Of a stretch of DNA of 64,000 bases, positions 28,144 to 37,295 are shown one piece after another. This stretch comes from a virus. A model generated the notes under the pieces. It was given only the letters and a program-made list of their open reading frames with translations. It did no database searches and was not told the origin of the DNA. The position numbers and the translations under genes were made by a program. The stretch's first letter is position 1. Every line of letters begins with the position of its first letter. The stretch covers positions 2,282-66,281 of IMG/VR virus record IMGVR_UViG_3300032291_002405; one strand, given 5' to 3'.

Positions 28144-28783
28144 GAATTATTTAATCGTTATCTTTAAGAATAAGAAAAGAAAAAAAATCATCAAATCTTT
28201 TGTTCGAAAAAATATTGCGGAAAATTTTTATAATCAAAAAATTGAAGATTCGAATAAAGTAAAGTTTAATGTTGAAGTGGAAAATTCTGAGCCTTGTAAA
28301 TACGAAATCGCACTTATAACTACAACCATAGATTTTCAAATGGACCTATTTATTCAAGATGACATTGGTCGAAATGTTAAAATTAAAACGGACGATTCAA
28401 ATTATAAAATTTTAAAAATATCTAACTATAACTTACCTGAAAAATTATTCGATTGGTCATCAAACAGTCGAATATCTTTTGATTTTTTTTATGGTAAATA
28501 TTTTAAAAGTCGTGAACTTAAGAACGTCTTTACTGTAAACAATAAATTATTAATACAACAAGAAGATAATGTGAATATTTTTTCACTTAAGAATTCGTCA
28601 GAAAGTAAACGATTACTGAATATCTTACAAGAACATATGATATCGGAAAATCGTTCAGACGCTATTTTTGTTCCTGATAATGATAATATTCAAAGAAAAT
28701 ATTTATACACAATTTTGGAAGAAAAAGGTATTAATAAATCCAAATTATATAGACAATCAACTACGTTTTCAAAACGAAAGTAA
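28142..28783 (+). CDS. hypothetical protein
   Basis: 213-aa ORF. Confidence 0.7.
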   Translation: MNYLIVIFKNKKRKKIIKSFVRKNIAENFYNQKIEDSNKVKFNVEVENSEPCKYEIALITTTIDFQMDLFIQDDIGRNVKIKTDDSNYKILKISNYNLPEKLFDWSSNSRISFDFFYGKYFKSRELKNVFTVNNKLLIQQEDNVNIFSLKNSSESKRLLNILQEHMISENRSDAIFVPDNDNIQRKYLYTILEEKGINKSKLYRQSTTFSKRK

Positions 28784-28985
28784 ATATAACGTCAGATATT
28801 TCAATAATCATTTCATTATTCTGATTATCAATCTCTCTAAAATTTTTCTGTAATTGTCTAAATTCAGATTCATTTAATTCGACAACAATTCTACAATTTT
28901 TAGAAATAAAAGTTTGTTCGACAACATCTGTTATTTTAGCTAACTCTTCTAACCAAGTCTGAACGTCTTTTTGATTCGCATCCAT
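28761..28985 (-). CDS. hypothetical protein
   Basis: 74 aa, part of an overlapping gene chain. Confidence 0.6.
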   Translation of the reverse strand: MDANQKDVQTWLEELAKITDVVEQTFISKNCRIVVELNESEFRQLQKNFREIDNQNNEMIIEISDVIFTFVLKT

Positions 28986-29179
28986 AATGAAATACCTTCA
29001 GGTTTAATTTCAAAAGTATTTTTAATATCTTCTTTATTGAAATTTTTTATTTGTTTAACAAATTCTTCTTTTTTATTCTTAACGTCATCTTCATCTTTTA
29101 TTATTGACTGATGATAATAAGTCAATAATTTATCAATGTGATTGTTCTTCTTCGTGTTCTTCGAATCTTGTTGTTTCAT
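28949..29179 (-). CDS. hypothetical protein
   Basis: 76 aa, part of an overlapping gene chain. Confidence 0.55.
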   Translation of the reverse strand: MKQQDSKNTKKNNHIDKLLTYYHQSIIKDEDDVKNKKEEFVKQIKNFNKEDIKNTFEIKPEGISLWMRIKKTFRLG

Positions 29180-29537
29180 CCTTATCTATTTTTAGATTTC
29201 TTAGACCGTCTAAACTCTCTTTTTCAAATAGAATTTTCAACTCTTTTACTTTTTGTGTAAACAGTTTTTCTTTTTCTTCTCGTTCCTTATTATATGTAAT
29301 AATACTCTCAATTGTTTCAATTGTTTTGGATATGTCATCATCCCATTTATTACTTATAAACGATACATATTTACCGTTCTCATCATTTTTAGTGAAGACA
29401 GTTTTAGATTCATCAACTTGTGTTTTTAACACAGACCACTTACTTGGGAATAAAGTGTCAAAACTGACGTATTCATCAACTTTTCTAATCGACACTATGT
29501 AGTCAAATATATTTTCAATTTCTTTATAAAAACTCAT
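29133..29537 (-). CDS. hypothetical protein
   Basis: Likely start MSFYKE at 29537. Confidence 0.65.
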   Translation of the reverse strand: MSFYKEIENIFDYIVSIRKVDEYVSFDTLFPSKWSVLKTQVDESKTVFTKNDENGKYVSFISNKWDDDISKTIETIESIITYNKEREEKEKLFTQKVKELKILFEKESLDGLRNLKIDKDETTRFEEHEEEQSH

Positions 29538-29539
29538 AA

Positions 29540-29725
29540 CTATGAAACAATATAGGTTATAAAATATGATAAACAAATACCATAAAAAATAAGTTCCCTT
29601 AAACTCATTTTTAATACTTGATAGGATGTAAGGGAACTTATTACATTAATTAGAAGTCTAACAATAGACAATCCTGTAAAAACAAATAAAAACGTTGCAA
29701 TATGACCTAACAAATTACTCACCAT
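29540..29725 (-). CDS. small two-TM membrane protein
   Basis: Two hydrophobic segments. Confidence 0.6.
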   Translation of the reverse strand: MVSNLLGHIATFLFVFTGLSIVRLLINVISSLTSYQVLKMSLRELIFYGICLSYFITYIVS

Positions 29726-29891
29726 CTTTTTTCGCTTCTAAAATTTCAGTTCTAAGTTGTTGTGCTAATGATTTAAGCTCTTGACATTGTTTTCGAGCTC
29801 TGGTTCCCGCAGATTTATTTCCCGTGAAGAATTTATTAGTATCCACTGATAAACTTTCAACCAATTCTTTGATTTTTTCCAATGTTTCCAT
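29715..29891 (-). CDS. histone H1-like/Hc1 family nucleoid protein (58 aa; absent from the ORF track)
   Basis: Translated by hand: METLEKIKELVESLSVDTNKFFTGNKSAGTRARKQCQELKSLAQQLR...; GNKxAGTRARK signature. Confidence 0.8.
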   Translation of the reverse strand: METLEKIKELVESLSVDTNKFFTGNKSAGTRARKQCQELKSLAQQLRTEILEAKKDGE

Positions 29892-29954
29892 ATTATATTA
29901 TATAAAATTAAAATTAAAATTTATGACGTAGAAGTAAATAGGTACCGATTAAAT

Positions 29955-30461
29955 TTAAATAATCAAACTTTTTTCTAAAATCTTATATATTTCAGTAAGC
30001 ATTTCAATATCAGATTTTGTGTGTTTATTATTTTTTCTGAAAATGGTTATAAAAAATTTTTCAATAGACTTTCTTACATTATTTTCTTTCTGATTATAAA
30101 AAACTTCCATAAAAAAATTTTTGAAATAATCGTAAGTTTCTTCTGAGTCGTTGAAAATAATACTTTCGTTTTTAAAATTACTGATTGTTCTATTCCAACA
30201 CCACTTGAAATGCTCTTCCTTATCTTCAACTGTCATACCAATCTTAGTTTCTTTACCATTATCATCGCTATCACCTAAATAAGTAGTATCAATTAATTTA
30301 AATAATGATAAACAAAAATCTTCAAATAAATCTCGCATTTCAGGTATAATATTATTTGCTCTATACCACGCGTCTATTTCATCGTTCGACATTGGTTTTG
30401 TTAACCAATTAAAAAATTGGTCCATGTTATACTCCTTATTCATCGTAAGAAATATAATCAT
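29955..30461 (-). CDS. hypothetical protein
   Basis: 168-aa ORF, TYLGD...HFKWCW. Confidence 0.7.
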   Translation of the reverse strand: MIIFLTMNKEYNMDQFFNWLTKPMSNDEIDAWYRANNIIPEMRDLFEDFCLSLFKLIDTTYLGDSDDNGKETKIGMTVEDKEEHFKWCWNRTISNFKNESIIFNDSEETYDYFKNFFMEVFYNQKENNVRKSIEKFFITIFRKNNKHTKSDIEMLTEIYKILEKSLII

Positions 30462-30489
30462 GGACCAACTAAAGAAAAGAATATTTTAA

Positions 30490-31506
30490 TTACTGAGTTC
30501 TTTTACTGTAATAAATTAAATTTTTCATATCCTGAATATCTTTCAAGACTTTTTTATCTTCAATAGATTCTGTGGATAAAATCTTATTAACTTCTTTATT
30601 TCTACTACCTTGCTTTGAACTTGGTATTGATTCCCCTGTTCCTGGTATAACTTCACCAGCCTCATCAGTATGTACCGGTTGTGGTGATTTATTGTATGCC
30701 TGTCTTTTTAAAACGGCCAATAGATTTTTCTTTCTTCTTTCATTAACCTTTTTATTAACATCTGTTTCAACCGCATTGGCATATTTTGGTGAATTACCAG
30801 TTCTAGAAGAACCTTCAATATTATCACTAACCCAATCTTCATTTGGTTTTATATTATCATAGTCTAAATTTTCTAAACCCGCTGCCGTGAAATTTTCAAT
30901 ATATTCTTCAATTTCTTTAGACGCTTTATACGCCTTTTTAACATCGTCATTAATCTCTTTACCGTCTTTACCCTCTCTTGACATTACACTATTTCCCTTT
31001 GGGAAACTACCTGAATTAGATTCATATGACATTCCCATGTTCTTCATATAATCTTTCATCTTTTTATTAGAATCACTAATAGCCTTGTCATTAACTTGTT
31101 TAGATGATTTAAGATTTTTTATAGTTGAACTATCTTCTTTAGTTTCAGATTCAACAATTCTTTCAATAAAATCAATTAATTGTGATTCGGTAAATACAAC
31201 CTTATCCTTTTTCAATTTACGTTCATTAAGTCTCTGTTGTCTTTTTTCTATCAATCTTGCAATCTTAGGAAAAACATCTTCATTTTGAACTTTATATGTT
31301 TTACCATCAACTTCAAATGATTCTTTACCGTCTTTTTTAGCCTTCGCTAACGCACCTGTAAAAGCGTTACCTTCTTCCATCTCATCTTCGTCTATTTCTT
31401 TATTTTCTTCAACAGCATTTACCGCGTCATTAACGTCCATATCAGTAATGTCAACAAAAGACTCTTTTAAAAAATTATTAACTAATTTTGTTATTTTCTT
31501 TTCCAT
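30490..31506 (-). CDS. putative virion/head-associated protein
   Basis: EGNAFTGAL...FEVDGKTYKV and FTESQLIDFIERIVE motifs; TATTTAT at 31521-31527. Confidence 0.6.
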   Translation of the reverse strand: MEKKITKLVNNFLKESFVDITDMDVNDAVNAVEENKEIDEDEMEEGNAFTGALAKAKKDGKESFEVDGKTYKVQNEDVFPKIARLIEKRQQRLNERKLKKDKVVFTESQLIDFIERIVESETKEDSSTIKNLKSSKQVNDKAISDSNKKMKDYMKNMGMSYESNSGSFPKGNSVMSREGKDGKEINDDVKKAYKASKEIEEYIENFTAAGLENLDYDNIKPNEDWVSDNIEGSSRTGNSPKYANAVETDVNKKVNERRKKNLLAVLKRQAYNKSPQPVHTDEAGEVIPGTGESIPSSKQGSRNKEVNKILSTESIEDKKVLKDIQDMKNLIYYSKRTQ

Positions 31507-31530
31507 GTTATTTTTTATATATAAATACTT

Positions 31531-32310
31531 TTATTCGTTAAAAAGTTGTTTTTCAATTTCATATAAAACAATTGCACGAATAACATTTTCAGATATTTTC
31601 TGATTTTTTGCAACATTTTTAATTGACTCTTTCATTAAATCGTCTTCCCAAATTTCCAATGCTTTAACATCACCTTGATTACAGTATGGGAATGTTTTGC
31701 ACTTATCTTTAACTCGAACAAATTTACCGCCTTTATATAACGGTTTTGACGCACCTCTCCAATCTTTCTTTTTCATCGATTTAGCCAAGAATGCTGGTGA
31801 TTCGTAAGAACCTGACGATGAAGATGTGGTCGCCTCTTTAAACTCACCCTTTTCAACCTTTTTTAATTTGACATAATATTCAATATCTTTCGATAAGTGG
31901 TCCATAGCGATTTCCTTAGCAATTGACATTTCATCAGTATGTTCCATTTCTTCTTTAATTCCATCAACTAATTTATTATAAACATAATCAATTGATACTT
32001 TGAATTTTTCAGATAAATCACCAACTGTTAAGTTGTCCGCCATACCCCCTTTTATTCTCTCTTCTTTAACTTCAACATACCCACCTTTAGGTTTTGTTCT
32101 CTTTGGTGCCTCATCTGAGAATAAAGATAATTTTGGTCCCGACAATGGTCCAACAAAACTACCTGAAGAACCTGAACTTGTTGATTCAGTTGCTTCAATT
32201 TCTTTAGCCCCCTGTGTTAATCTATTAATCATCAATCTATCTTCGGGTGTTTTGATATTTGAACCTAACTGGTCTATCATGTCTTTTATTTGTTTGTCAA
32301 CTTTATTCAT
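31531..32310 (-). CDS. putative virion protein with a DUF5661-like segment
   Basis: IKGGMAD...GIKEEMEHT...AKEIAMDHL; two EAT..SSSGS repeats. Confidence 0.6.
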   Translation of the reverse strand: MNKVDKQIKDMIDQLGSNIKTPEDRLMINRLTQGAKEIEATESTSSGSSGSFVGPLSGPKLSLFSDEAPKRTKPKGGYVEVKEERIKGGMADNLTVGDLSEKFKVSIDYVYNKLVDGIKEEMEHTDEMSIAKEIAMDHLSKDIEYYVKLKKVEKGEFKEATTSSSSGSYESPAFLAKSMKKKDWRGASKPLYKGGKFVRVKDKCKTFPYCNQGDVKALEIWEDDLMKESIKNVAKNQKISENVIRAIVLYEIEKQLFNE

Positions 32311-32320
32311 ATGTTTTTAA

Positions 32321-32734
32321 TTAAAAAATAATTGATATTATTACAGCTAAAATACCACCACCAATACCATACCACTTAAATCTTTTTTCGTTATTATATT
32401 TATCTTTATAGATTTTTATCTCTTTGTCTTTATTATCAACTAATTTAACATAACTATCTATATTTTGTCTTTGTAATTCAATCTGTTGTTTTTGGTTGAT
32501 AATCATTGAGTCTTGTAAATTAACGATTCCTTCCATTAATATTACGGAATCTCTAACAACTGTTAATTGTTGTCTACAATAATTTCTTTGTTCTAAAACA
32601 ATTAATGCATTTTTCAATGATTTAACAGGTACTAAAACACTGTCGGTTTTATTGGATGTCTGCGAATTTGTCTGAGAATAACTCTGTGATATCGTTATTA
32701 GACAAAGAATTAAGATGTTGAATATCTTTCTCAT
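32321..32734 (-). CDS. secreted/membrane coiled-coil protein (spanin-like candidate)
   Basis: N-terminal signal, coiled coil, C-terminal TM; overlaps the upstream gene. Confidence 0.5.
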   Translation of the reverse strand: MRKIFNILILCLITISQSYSQTNSQTSNKTDSVLVPVKSLKNALIVLEQRNYCRQQLTVVRDSVILMEGIVNLQDSMIINQKQQIELQRQNIDSYVKLVDNKDKEIKIYKDKYNNEKRFKWYGIGGGILAVIISIIF

Positions 32735-32996
32735 GTTGTTCTTTTAATTTTTTGGATATCAAATCAACTTTACCTAATCGTATTTTTAAAACATTTCGTT
32801 GACTATCTAACTCATTGTTTATCCCCACCAAACTATCAATTTTAAACTTATTATTTTCAATGATTGCATTTAAAGAATCATTTTTTTTATTTAAAATTTC
32901 TAATTGATTTGTATCCGTAGGTTTTGAAATCATATAAACCAAAACAATTAATAGTACAATAGATAATACTGATAGTATGTTCTTTGCAATATTCAT
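32649..32996 (-). CDS. N-terminal TM coiled-coil protein (spanin-like candidate)
   Basis: TM followed by coiled coil; near an amidase. Confidence 0.5.
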   Translation of the reverse strand: MNIAKNILSVLSIVLLIVLVYMISKPTDTNQLEILNKKNDSLNAIIENNKFKIDSLVGINNELDSQRNVLKIRLGKVDLISKKLKEQHEKDIQHLNSLSNNDITELFSDKFADIQ

Positions 32997-32997
32997 A

Positions 32998-33534
32998 TTA
33001 TTTTGAACTAATAGATGTTTTTTTACGGGATGCGATTACTTTGGCCCATTTGGATTTAAATTTGTCATAAAAAGCCGTTAGTTTTGAAATAACATCCATA
33101 AACTTATCATCAAGCTTTAATTGATTACCGTCGATATATACACCGTTATTTTCACCAATTGTCATAAAAAATTCAACGTCATGGTCGATTATTTTACCGC
33201 TCCACTCTACTGAATTCTTATATAAATTTAATTGTCCAAAATCTACTAAATCAGATACATCAGACACAAACTCATTCATGGTTTCCTGAAACGCAATTTT
33301 ATCATCCGTAGTTAATGCAGTTTCAGTCGCATTATTACCATAGATAGCTAAAATACCACCTGAAATTCTGTATTTTTTACTTTTTTCTTTTTCTTTCCCC
33401 ATATCCATTTGATAATCTTGCTCAATATTTTTTTCAATATCTGTCGCAATATTGATTGGGGCGATTGTTGATTGCTCTGTTAAAAGTCTAGACTTCTTCA
33501 ATAGACTTTTTATTTCATCATATTCATTACTCAT
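32998..33534 (-). CDS. hypothetical protein
   Basis: 178-aa ORF. Confidence 0.7.
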   Translation of the reverse strand: MSNEYDEIKSLLKKSRLLTEQSTIAPINIATDIEKNIEQDYQMDMGKEKEKSKKYRISGGILAIYGNNATETALTTDDKIAFQETMNEFVSDVSDLVDFGQLNLYKNSVEWSGKIIDHDVEFFMTIGENNGVYIDGNQLKLDDKFMDVISKLTAFYDKFKSKWAKVIASRKKTSISSK

Positions 33535-34090
33535 AGTTGAACTTTTCTAATAAATATACGAAGTTGAATGCTGGCGACAAATCAGTATACTCATAATAAA
33601 AATTACTACGATTTAATATACCTTCAAATGTTTCTAAATTGTCTAATTTCGTATTATGTCCGATGAATTTTTTAGGGATATTGTGGGTTTCACAAATGAT
33701 ATTACACAAATTAACCAATGTTTCCATTTGTTCATCAGTATATAAATCCCAAAAAAATTTTTGTCTCCATTTTCTTTCTTTTATTTTACCATCAACTTTT
33801 TGATTTAACCAATTTGAATACGTTGGTGATAATACGTCTTTATCAACCCATCCGAGATTTTCCAAAGAAACTATTATTGATTGGTTATTTAAGGTGTCAT
33901 CATGAAAAAAATTTGTAACTTTATTTTCATCACATATTTTTACATTGGTACCATCTTTTAAAATAACATAATGGGGTAACTTATCGTAAACCCCATTATA
34001 TCTATATTCTATGGATTTTAAATAATCCTCCCCCTTTCTTGATGTGTGGGTTAAAATTATTTGTTTTTTTTGGTGAAATTCATTCATCAT
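33527..34090 (-). CDS. N-acetylmuramoyl-L-alanine amidase (Amidase_2-like), divergent
   Basis: IILTHT, PHYVI..DG, SIIVSLEN, YTDEQMETL..L...I, IGH, DLSP. Confidence 0.7.
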   Translation of the reverse strand: MMNEFHQKKQIILTHTSRKGEDYLKSIEYRYNGVYDKLPHYVILKDGTNVKICDENKVTNFFHDDTLNNQSIIVSLENLGWVDKDVLSPTYSNWLNQKVDGKIKERKWRQKFFWDLYTDEQMETLVNLCNIICETHNIPKKFIGHNTKLDNLETFEGILNRSNFYYEYTDLSPAFNFVYLLEKFNYE

Positions 34091-35051
34091 TTTTATTGTA
34101 CACCAATCTGTTTATTTGATGATTATCCCCCAAAATAGGCTCATCATCCACAAAGTATATAGGGTCAGGTTCCGGTGTTGGTTTTGGTGTCGTCTCAGGT
34201 GTTGGTTTTGGTGTCGTCTCAGGTGTCGTCTCAGGTGTTGGTTCCGGTGTCGTCTCAGGTGTCGTCTCAGGTGTTGGTTCCGGTGTCGTCTCAGGTGTCG
34301 TCTCAGGTGTTGGTTCCGGTGTCGTCTCAGGTGTTGGTTCCGGTGTTAAATTATTTTGATTATAATTACGCTCAAATAATTCTTGAAGTTTTTTCAAATC
34401 ATCTTCTGTTGGAACATATGGTTTATATTTTTCATCCCTTTCTCTTTCCATAGCACCATATTTCTTAGATATCTCATCCAAATCAATTTCGGTAATTGTA
34501 TCATCTTCGGTCGCTGTTTGTTCGATAATTACGTCTTGATTAGATTGAGGTTCTTCAGATATTACTGTTTGTTGATTGTTTTCTTTAAGTTTATTTGAAT
34601 AAACAATTAACATGTGTGCAAATGTCAATGAGATAAAAGGTAACAGTCCACCAGTAAAGAAAGCTAATAAAGTTCTATGACTTGTCGGATTTTGAGAATC
34701 CATACCCAATGGCTCTAAAATGGGACCAATCATATCCATCCAATCTTTAAACTCTTTTGAGTTGATATTAATCCATGTATATGAGAAAAAGAAGTTACCT
34801 AATAACTGAATAAATGTCACAATCCCAAACGGGATATATATGAATTTACCGAATTTAGCCGATACTCCTGCCAATGCTGCCAATGCAGCAACTTCAACCG
34901 CAACTGATAAATAAATGGACCATGTTATTGGATTTGCCAAATTATAAAAAGTCGTAACGTGTGAAATCGATACAAAAGCGACCAATAAAATTGGTATTAG
35001 AAAACTACCAATTATAATACCATTTAAGTTCTTGGATAACCAATTTTTCAT
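34080..35051 (-). CDS. multi-TM membrane protein with a TPEP/TPET repeat tail
   Basis: Four hydrophobic segments; C-terminal tandem repeat. Confidence 0.75.
   Translation of the reverse strand: MKNWLSKNLNGIIIGSFLIPILLVAFVSISHVTTFYNLANPITWSIYLSVAVEVAALAALAGVSAKFGKFIYIPFGIVTFIQLLGNFFFSYTWININSKEFKDWMDMIGPILEPLGMDSQNPTSHRTLLAFFTGGLLPFISLTFAHMLIVYSNKLKENNQQTVISEEPQSNQDVIIEQTATEDDTITEIDLDEISKKYGAMERERDEKYKPYVPTEDDLKKLQELFERNYNQNNLTPEPTPETTPEPTPETTPETTPEPTPETTPETTPEPTPETTPETTPKPTPETTPKPTPEPDPIYFVDDEPILGDNHQINRLVYNKNDE
34166..34346. repeat. 12-bp coding tandem repeat (TPEP/TPET/TPKP)
   Basis: Units such as ggtgtcgtctca and ggtgttggttcc. Confidence 0.9.
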
Positions 35052-35052
35052 A

Positions 35053-35337
35053 TTATTTAGTCTGTAATTTAGTTAGTTCCTTTTCTATTTCATTTTGTCT
35101 TTGAACATCCAACATTTTTCTGTCGGTTGCTTGTATCATTCTTTTCTCAGATTTTAAACCTTCGATTTGCAAATCTTTTTTAGTGGGTAAAGAATTTAGA
35201 ATCTCTCTTTGAGACTGATATTCTTTTCTCAATCTACTAATTTCTGAATTCATTCCGCAAGAACGGAATAACAATAAAACAAATAAAAATAATAATATTT
35301 GTTGTTGATACTTTTTTAATGTTTCTAAAAATTTCAT
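35053..35337 (-). CDS. membrane-anchored coiled-coil protein
   Basis: ILLFLFVLLLFRSCG followed by a coiled coil; TATTTAT at 35365-35371. Confidence 0.65.
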   Translation of the reverse strand: MKFLETLKKYQQQILLFLFVLLLFRSCGMNSEISRLRKEYQSQREILNSLPTKKDLQIEGLKSEKRMIQATDRKMLDVQRQNEIEKELTKLQTK

Positions 35338-35379
35338 AATGATATATTTTTTTTAAATTTAATAATAAATACAATTTAA

Positions 35380-36201
35380 TTATAAATAATCAAAAAGTGT
35401 AGAACACTCATTTCTTAGTTTTCTAAGTGCCTTTTCTTTGATTTGTCTAACCCGTTCTTTGGTCAAATTAAAATCTTCACCAATATCTTCAAGAGTTCTC
35501 GGTGTACCTGTTATTCCAAAATAATCCTCAATGATAAGACGTTCCCTATCGTCTAAAACCTTCATGGTTGAAAATAACTTTTCTTTAAGTTGTTCTTGAC
35601 TATTAAACTGTTCGTCCGGCATAGTTGCATTGATATTTTCAATCATATCAATTAAAGTGTCACCATCTTCATTAATTTTAGATTCCAAATTAATTGTTGT
35701 GGGTAGAAGCGCCAACTTATCATCTAAATCCGATAAACCTTTTTCAACCTCTTTTTTAGCTCTATGGAGTTCTTGAACAACATTAACAGGTAGGCGAATG
35801 GTTCTCGCATTTTCGTTTAATGATTGTAAAATAGATTGTTTAACCCACCACACAGCATAAGATATAAATCTAAGTTTTTTACTCCAATCAAAATTTTGGA
35901 TTGCTTTCATTAAACCTAAATTCCCTTCAGCAATTAAATCAGGTAAGTCTAACCCTTGATTTTGGTATTGTTTGGCGACAGTGATAACAAAACGTAAATT
36001 ACCTTCAAGTAATTCACGATATATTTTGTTCTTTTCGTCTTCACCACAATTCCCATTCAATATTATATCTGAAAGTTCTCGTTCCCTTTCAATTGTCATA
36101 ACTTTGAGTTTACGAATATCCTTAAGATATGATGATATTTCTTCTTGATTAATAATACCTGTGTTCTTGGTAATTGTGTTAGATTCGTTTCGAGTAGTCA
36201 T
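35380..36201 (-). CDS. RNA polymerase sigma-70 factor (RpoD/RpoS family, Bacteroidetes-like, no region 1.1)
   Basis: NLRFVITVAKQY, DLIAEGNLGL, FISYAVWW, RTIRLP, LTKERVRQI..KALRKLR. Confidence 0.95.
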   Translation of the reverse strand: MTTRNESNTITKNTGIINQEEISSYLKDIRKLKVMTIERERELSDIILNGNCGEDEKNKIYRELLEGNLRFVITVAKQYQNQGLDLPDLIAEGNLGLMKAIQNFDWSKKLRFISYAVWWVKQSILQSLNENARTIRLPVNVVQELHRAKKEVEKGLSDLDDKLALLPTTINLESKINEDGDTLIDMIENINATMPDEQFNSQEQLKEKLFSTMKVLDDRERLIIEDYFGITGTPRTLEDIGEDFNLTKERVRQIKEKALRKLRNECSTLFDYL

Positions 36202-36742
36202 ATAGTTGTGTTTTTTCTATTTTAGTGAGTGATTTAAATCCGTTTTTTTGTACTTTATCTAATAATTCATCTAATGATGGTTCTTTCTTAACCCCGTATA
36301 ATAATTTAAAAAAATCCCCCATCATTATGTCGTCATCGTCATCCATTTGGTTAAAATCTATTGGATTAAAGTCATAATCTACATCATTAATATCTATTTT
36401 TTCAATAAATTTTGAATCATTAGTGTCTAAATCCAATAAAGATTCCAATATGTCATTAGATAACGACAAAGTTACATTTTTATTATTAGGTATCAAAATA
36501 TAATTTTTAACCGTACCATCCAAAACAAACTTACAAAGTTCTTTAATTTCATTTGAAGGTGATTCACTTTCAAAGTGAGTTATCACAAAATCTTCACCTG
36601 GTTGATATTTTAAATACTTAGAACTTAATATCCCTTCAAATTGGGATAGTAAACCATGTAAAAGTTTTTCATTTTCACCGAATTTCGCAAAAAGTATTAG
36701 AAAATATTTTGTGCCCACGACTTCTTTTTTATTTTTACCCAT
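36179..36742 (-). CDS. hypothetical protein with C-terminal LDELLDK...G..SLT..EK motif
   Basis: 187-aa ORF. Confidence 0.65.
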   Translation of the reverse strand: MGKNKKEVVGTKYFLILFAKFGENEKLLHGLLSQFEGILSSKYLKYQPGEDFVITHFESESPSNEIKELCKFVLDGTVKNYILIPNNKNVTLSLSNDILESLLDLDTNDSKFIEKIDINDVDYDFNPIDFNQMDDDDDIMMGDFFKLLYGVKKEPSLDELLDKVQKNGFKSLTKIEKTQLYDYSKRI

Positions 36743-36762
36743 ATATTTATAATAAACGTTTT

Positions 36763-37272
36763 ATGAAAAATATTATTATTACCGAATCTCAGCTTTCAAA
36801 GATAGTAAAAAAAATGAAAAAAAACAAACTATCAGAATCTGATAACATGGGTTTAGACCGATATATGTTTTTTTCAAATTTAGAGCAACTTAGAAGACAA
36901 TCCGACATGTTATTACAATTGGACCCTATGATGGTAGAACAAATACTACAAGACGGTCACGATTGGGCCGATGACCATATAACAGTTGCAAAGGAAAATA
37001 TGGACCAAGTGTTTGATTTTATGATGAACAAGACAAAGAACAACATTGGTGAATCCAACGAAGATAAGTTTTCCATAGAACCCGATGTTGAAAAAACCCC
37101 GAGAGAGTACCAACTTTCCACAGTTTTTGGTAAATATTCAGAACAAATACCAAATGATGTTTTACGCTATATGCGTAAAAATCCACAATTCATTGTCGAT
37201 ACATTGTACATTCTATACGGTAACGATTTAATTGAAAGATTAAAAAAATCAAAACAAAAATTTAAAAAATAA
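36763..37272 (+). CDS. putative virion-associated protein
   Basis: Start MKNIIITESQL at 36763 after TATTTAT at 36744-36750; HDWADDHI motif. Confidence 0.7.
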   Translation: MKNIIITESQLSKIVKKMKKNKLSESDNMGLDRYMFFSNLEQLRRQSDMLLQLDPMMVEQILQDGHDWADDHITVAKENMDQVFDFMMNKTKNNIGESNEDKFSIEPDVEKTPREYQLSTVFGKYSEQIPNDVLRYMRKNPQFIVDTLYILYGNDLIERLKKSKQKFKK

Positions 37273-37295
37273 AAAACCCCTTTCGGGGTTTTTTT
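37271..37295. terminator. bidirectional intrinsic terminator
   Basis: aaaaaacccc-tttc-ggggtttttt between convergent genes. Confidence 0.85.

Noticed and set aside
34116-34598. Plus-strand ORFs with RCRLRCWF / VSSQVLV repeats
   Set aside because: Shadow frames of the TPEP repeat on the minus strand; the same applies to 52561..52897.
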